IMG/VR virus record: IMGVR_UViG_3300034082_002556
Length of the DNA: 54,353 nucleotides
DNA from: an uncultured virus (IMG/VR IMGVR_UViG_3300034082_002556)
Taxonomy: Duplodnaviria; Heunggongvirae; Uroviricota; Caudoviricetes
Reading direction: 5' to 3' (one strand)
Shown here: positions 53,999 through 54,353 of the stretch, piece after piece
Numbering within the stretch: position 1 is the first letter of the stretch
Layout: the number at the start of each line of letters is the position of its first letter
The notes under the pieces: model-generated
What the model saw: only the letters and a program-made list of their open reading frames with translations
Told to the model about the DNA's origin: nothing
Databases searched by the model: none
Translations under genes and position numbers: made by a program

Positions 53999-54135
53999 AC
54001 TTTATAGGTGCTCTCTGTTGGAATCGAACCAAACTGTTTAACTCCGTATCTTCCTGGCACTTTCGGTAGTTAGTCGACTTAGTACCTAACTCGTGTTATC
54101 CAGTGTAGTTAAACTTCAAAGAGCATTTATAAAGT
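53999..54135 (-). ncRNA. stem-enclosed tRNA-like element
   Basis: Long closing stem, T-arm TTGG-TTCGATT-CCAA, extended internal helix GTTTAACT/AGTTAAAC. Confidence 0.55.
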
Positions 54136-54353
54136 GTCCGGCTACTCTCACCACAAGAGCCCCGGACTGGGCTGTCTACTCCGTCTACGTATTTGTTCTT
54201 ATGGTAAAGGTTAGCGTTCCTCACCCTAGGCAGTTTTCAGTATCTCCGAACAGGAGACTGTAAGGTCAGGTCCTAGTGTACCCCCTGGTCTATCGTTACA
54301 GGGACGCTATTTCGTTAACGTAGAAATAGTAAGACGGGGTCTGTTATAGCAGG
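54136..54353 (-). ncRNA. candidate structured ncRNA (may extend beyond the window)
   Basis: Multiple helices, no credible ORF. Confidence 0.45.

Noticed and set aside
1..54353. CRISPR array, integrase, transposase or self-splicing intron
   Set aside because: No regularly spaced direct repeats, recombinase motifs or interrupted genes seen
1..54353. Bacterial chromosome origin (rpoZ, acpP, ssrA, csgG present)
   Set aside because: These genes lack their usual neighbours (gmk/spoT, fab genes, smpB); dense small ORFs, divergent tRNA arrays and TAAATA elements fit a large phage, although no virion gene is in the window

Overview
Fragment of a large tailed-phage (jumbo/T4-like myovirus-type) genome, probably infecting a proteobacterium. 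No rRNA, CRISPR array, integrase or virion structural gene is evident. Four blocks: (1) 1-20.5 kb, a modification/biosynthesis cluster with glycosyltransferase-like genes, five tandem radical SAM genes, a carbamoyltransferase, an amidinotransferase, a DegT-type aminotransferase and an NDP-sugar epimerase; (2) 20.5-32.4 kb, minus-strand genes including ThyX, a MoxR-like AAA ATPase with a metallopeptidase-VWA partner, ACP, an acetyltransferase, a TauD-like dioxygenase, a circularly permuted tmRNA (tag ANDSQFALAA) whose intervening segment holds a 20-aa hydrophobic ORF, RpoZ and a B12-type radical SAM; (3) 32.4-42.3 kb and 53.8 kb to the end, an RNA island with 35 CCA-encoding tRNA genes (19 amino acids, no Phe) interleaved with many stem-enclosed structured RNAs, driven by sigma70-type promoters, an rrn-like boxB/boxA leader and an attenuator-like leader; (4) 42.3-53.8 kb, membrane/envelope genes with a curli-like operon (CsgF, CsgG, two curlin-like proteins, FecR) linked to a CHASE2 adenylate cyclase and an S11 peptidase. 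All calls come from motif recognition and manual base-pairing; no searches or folding programs were run.
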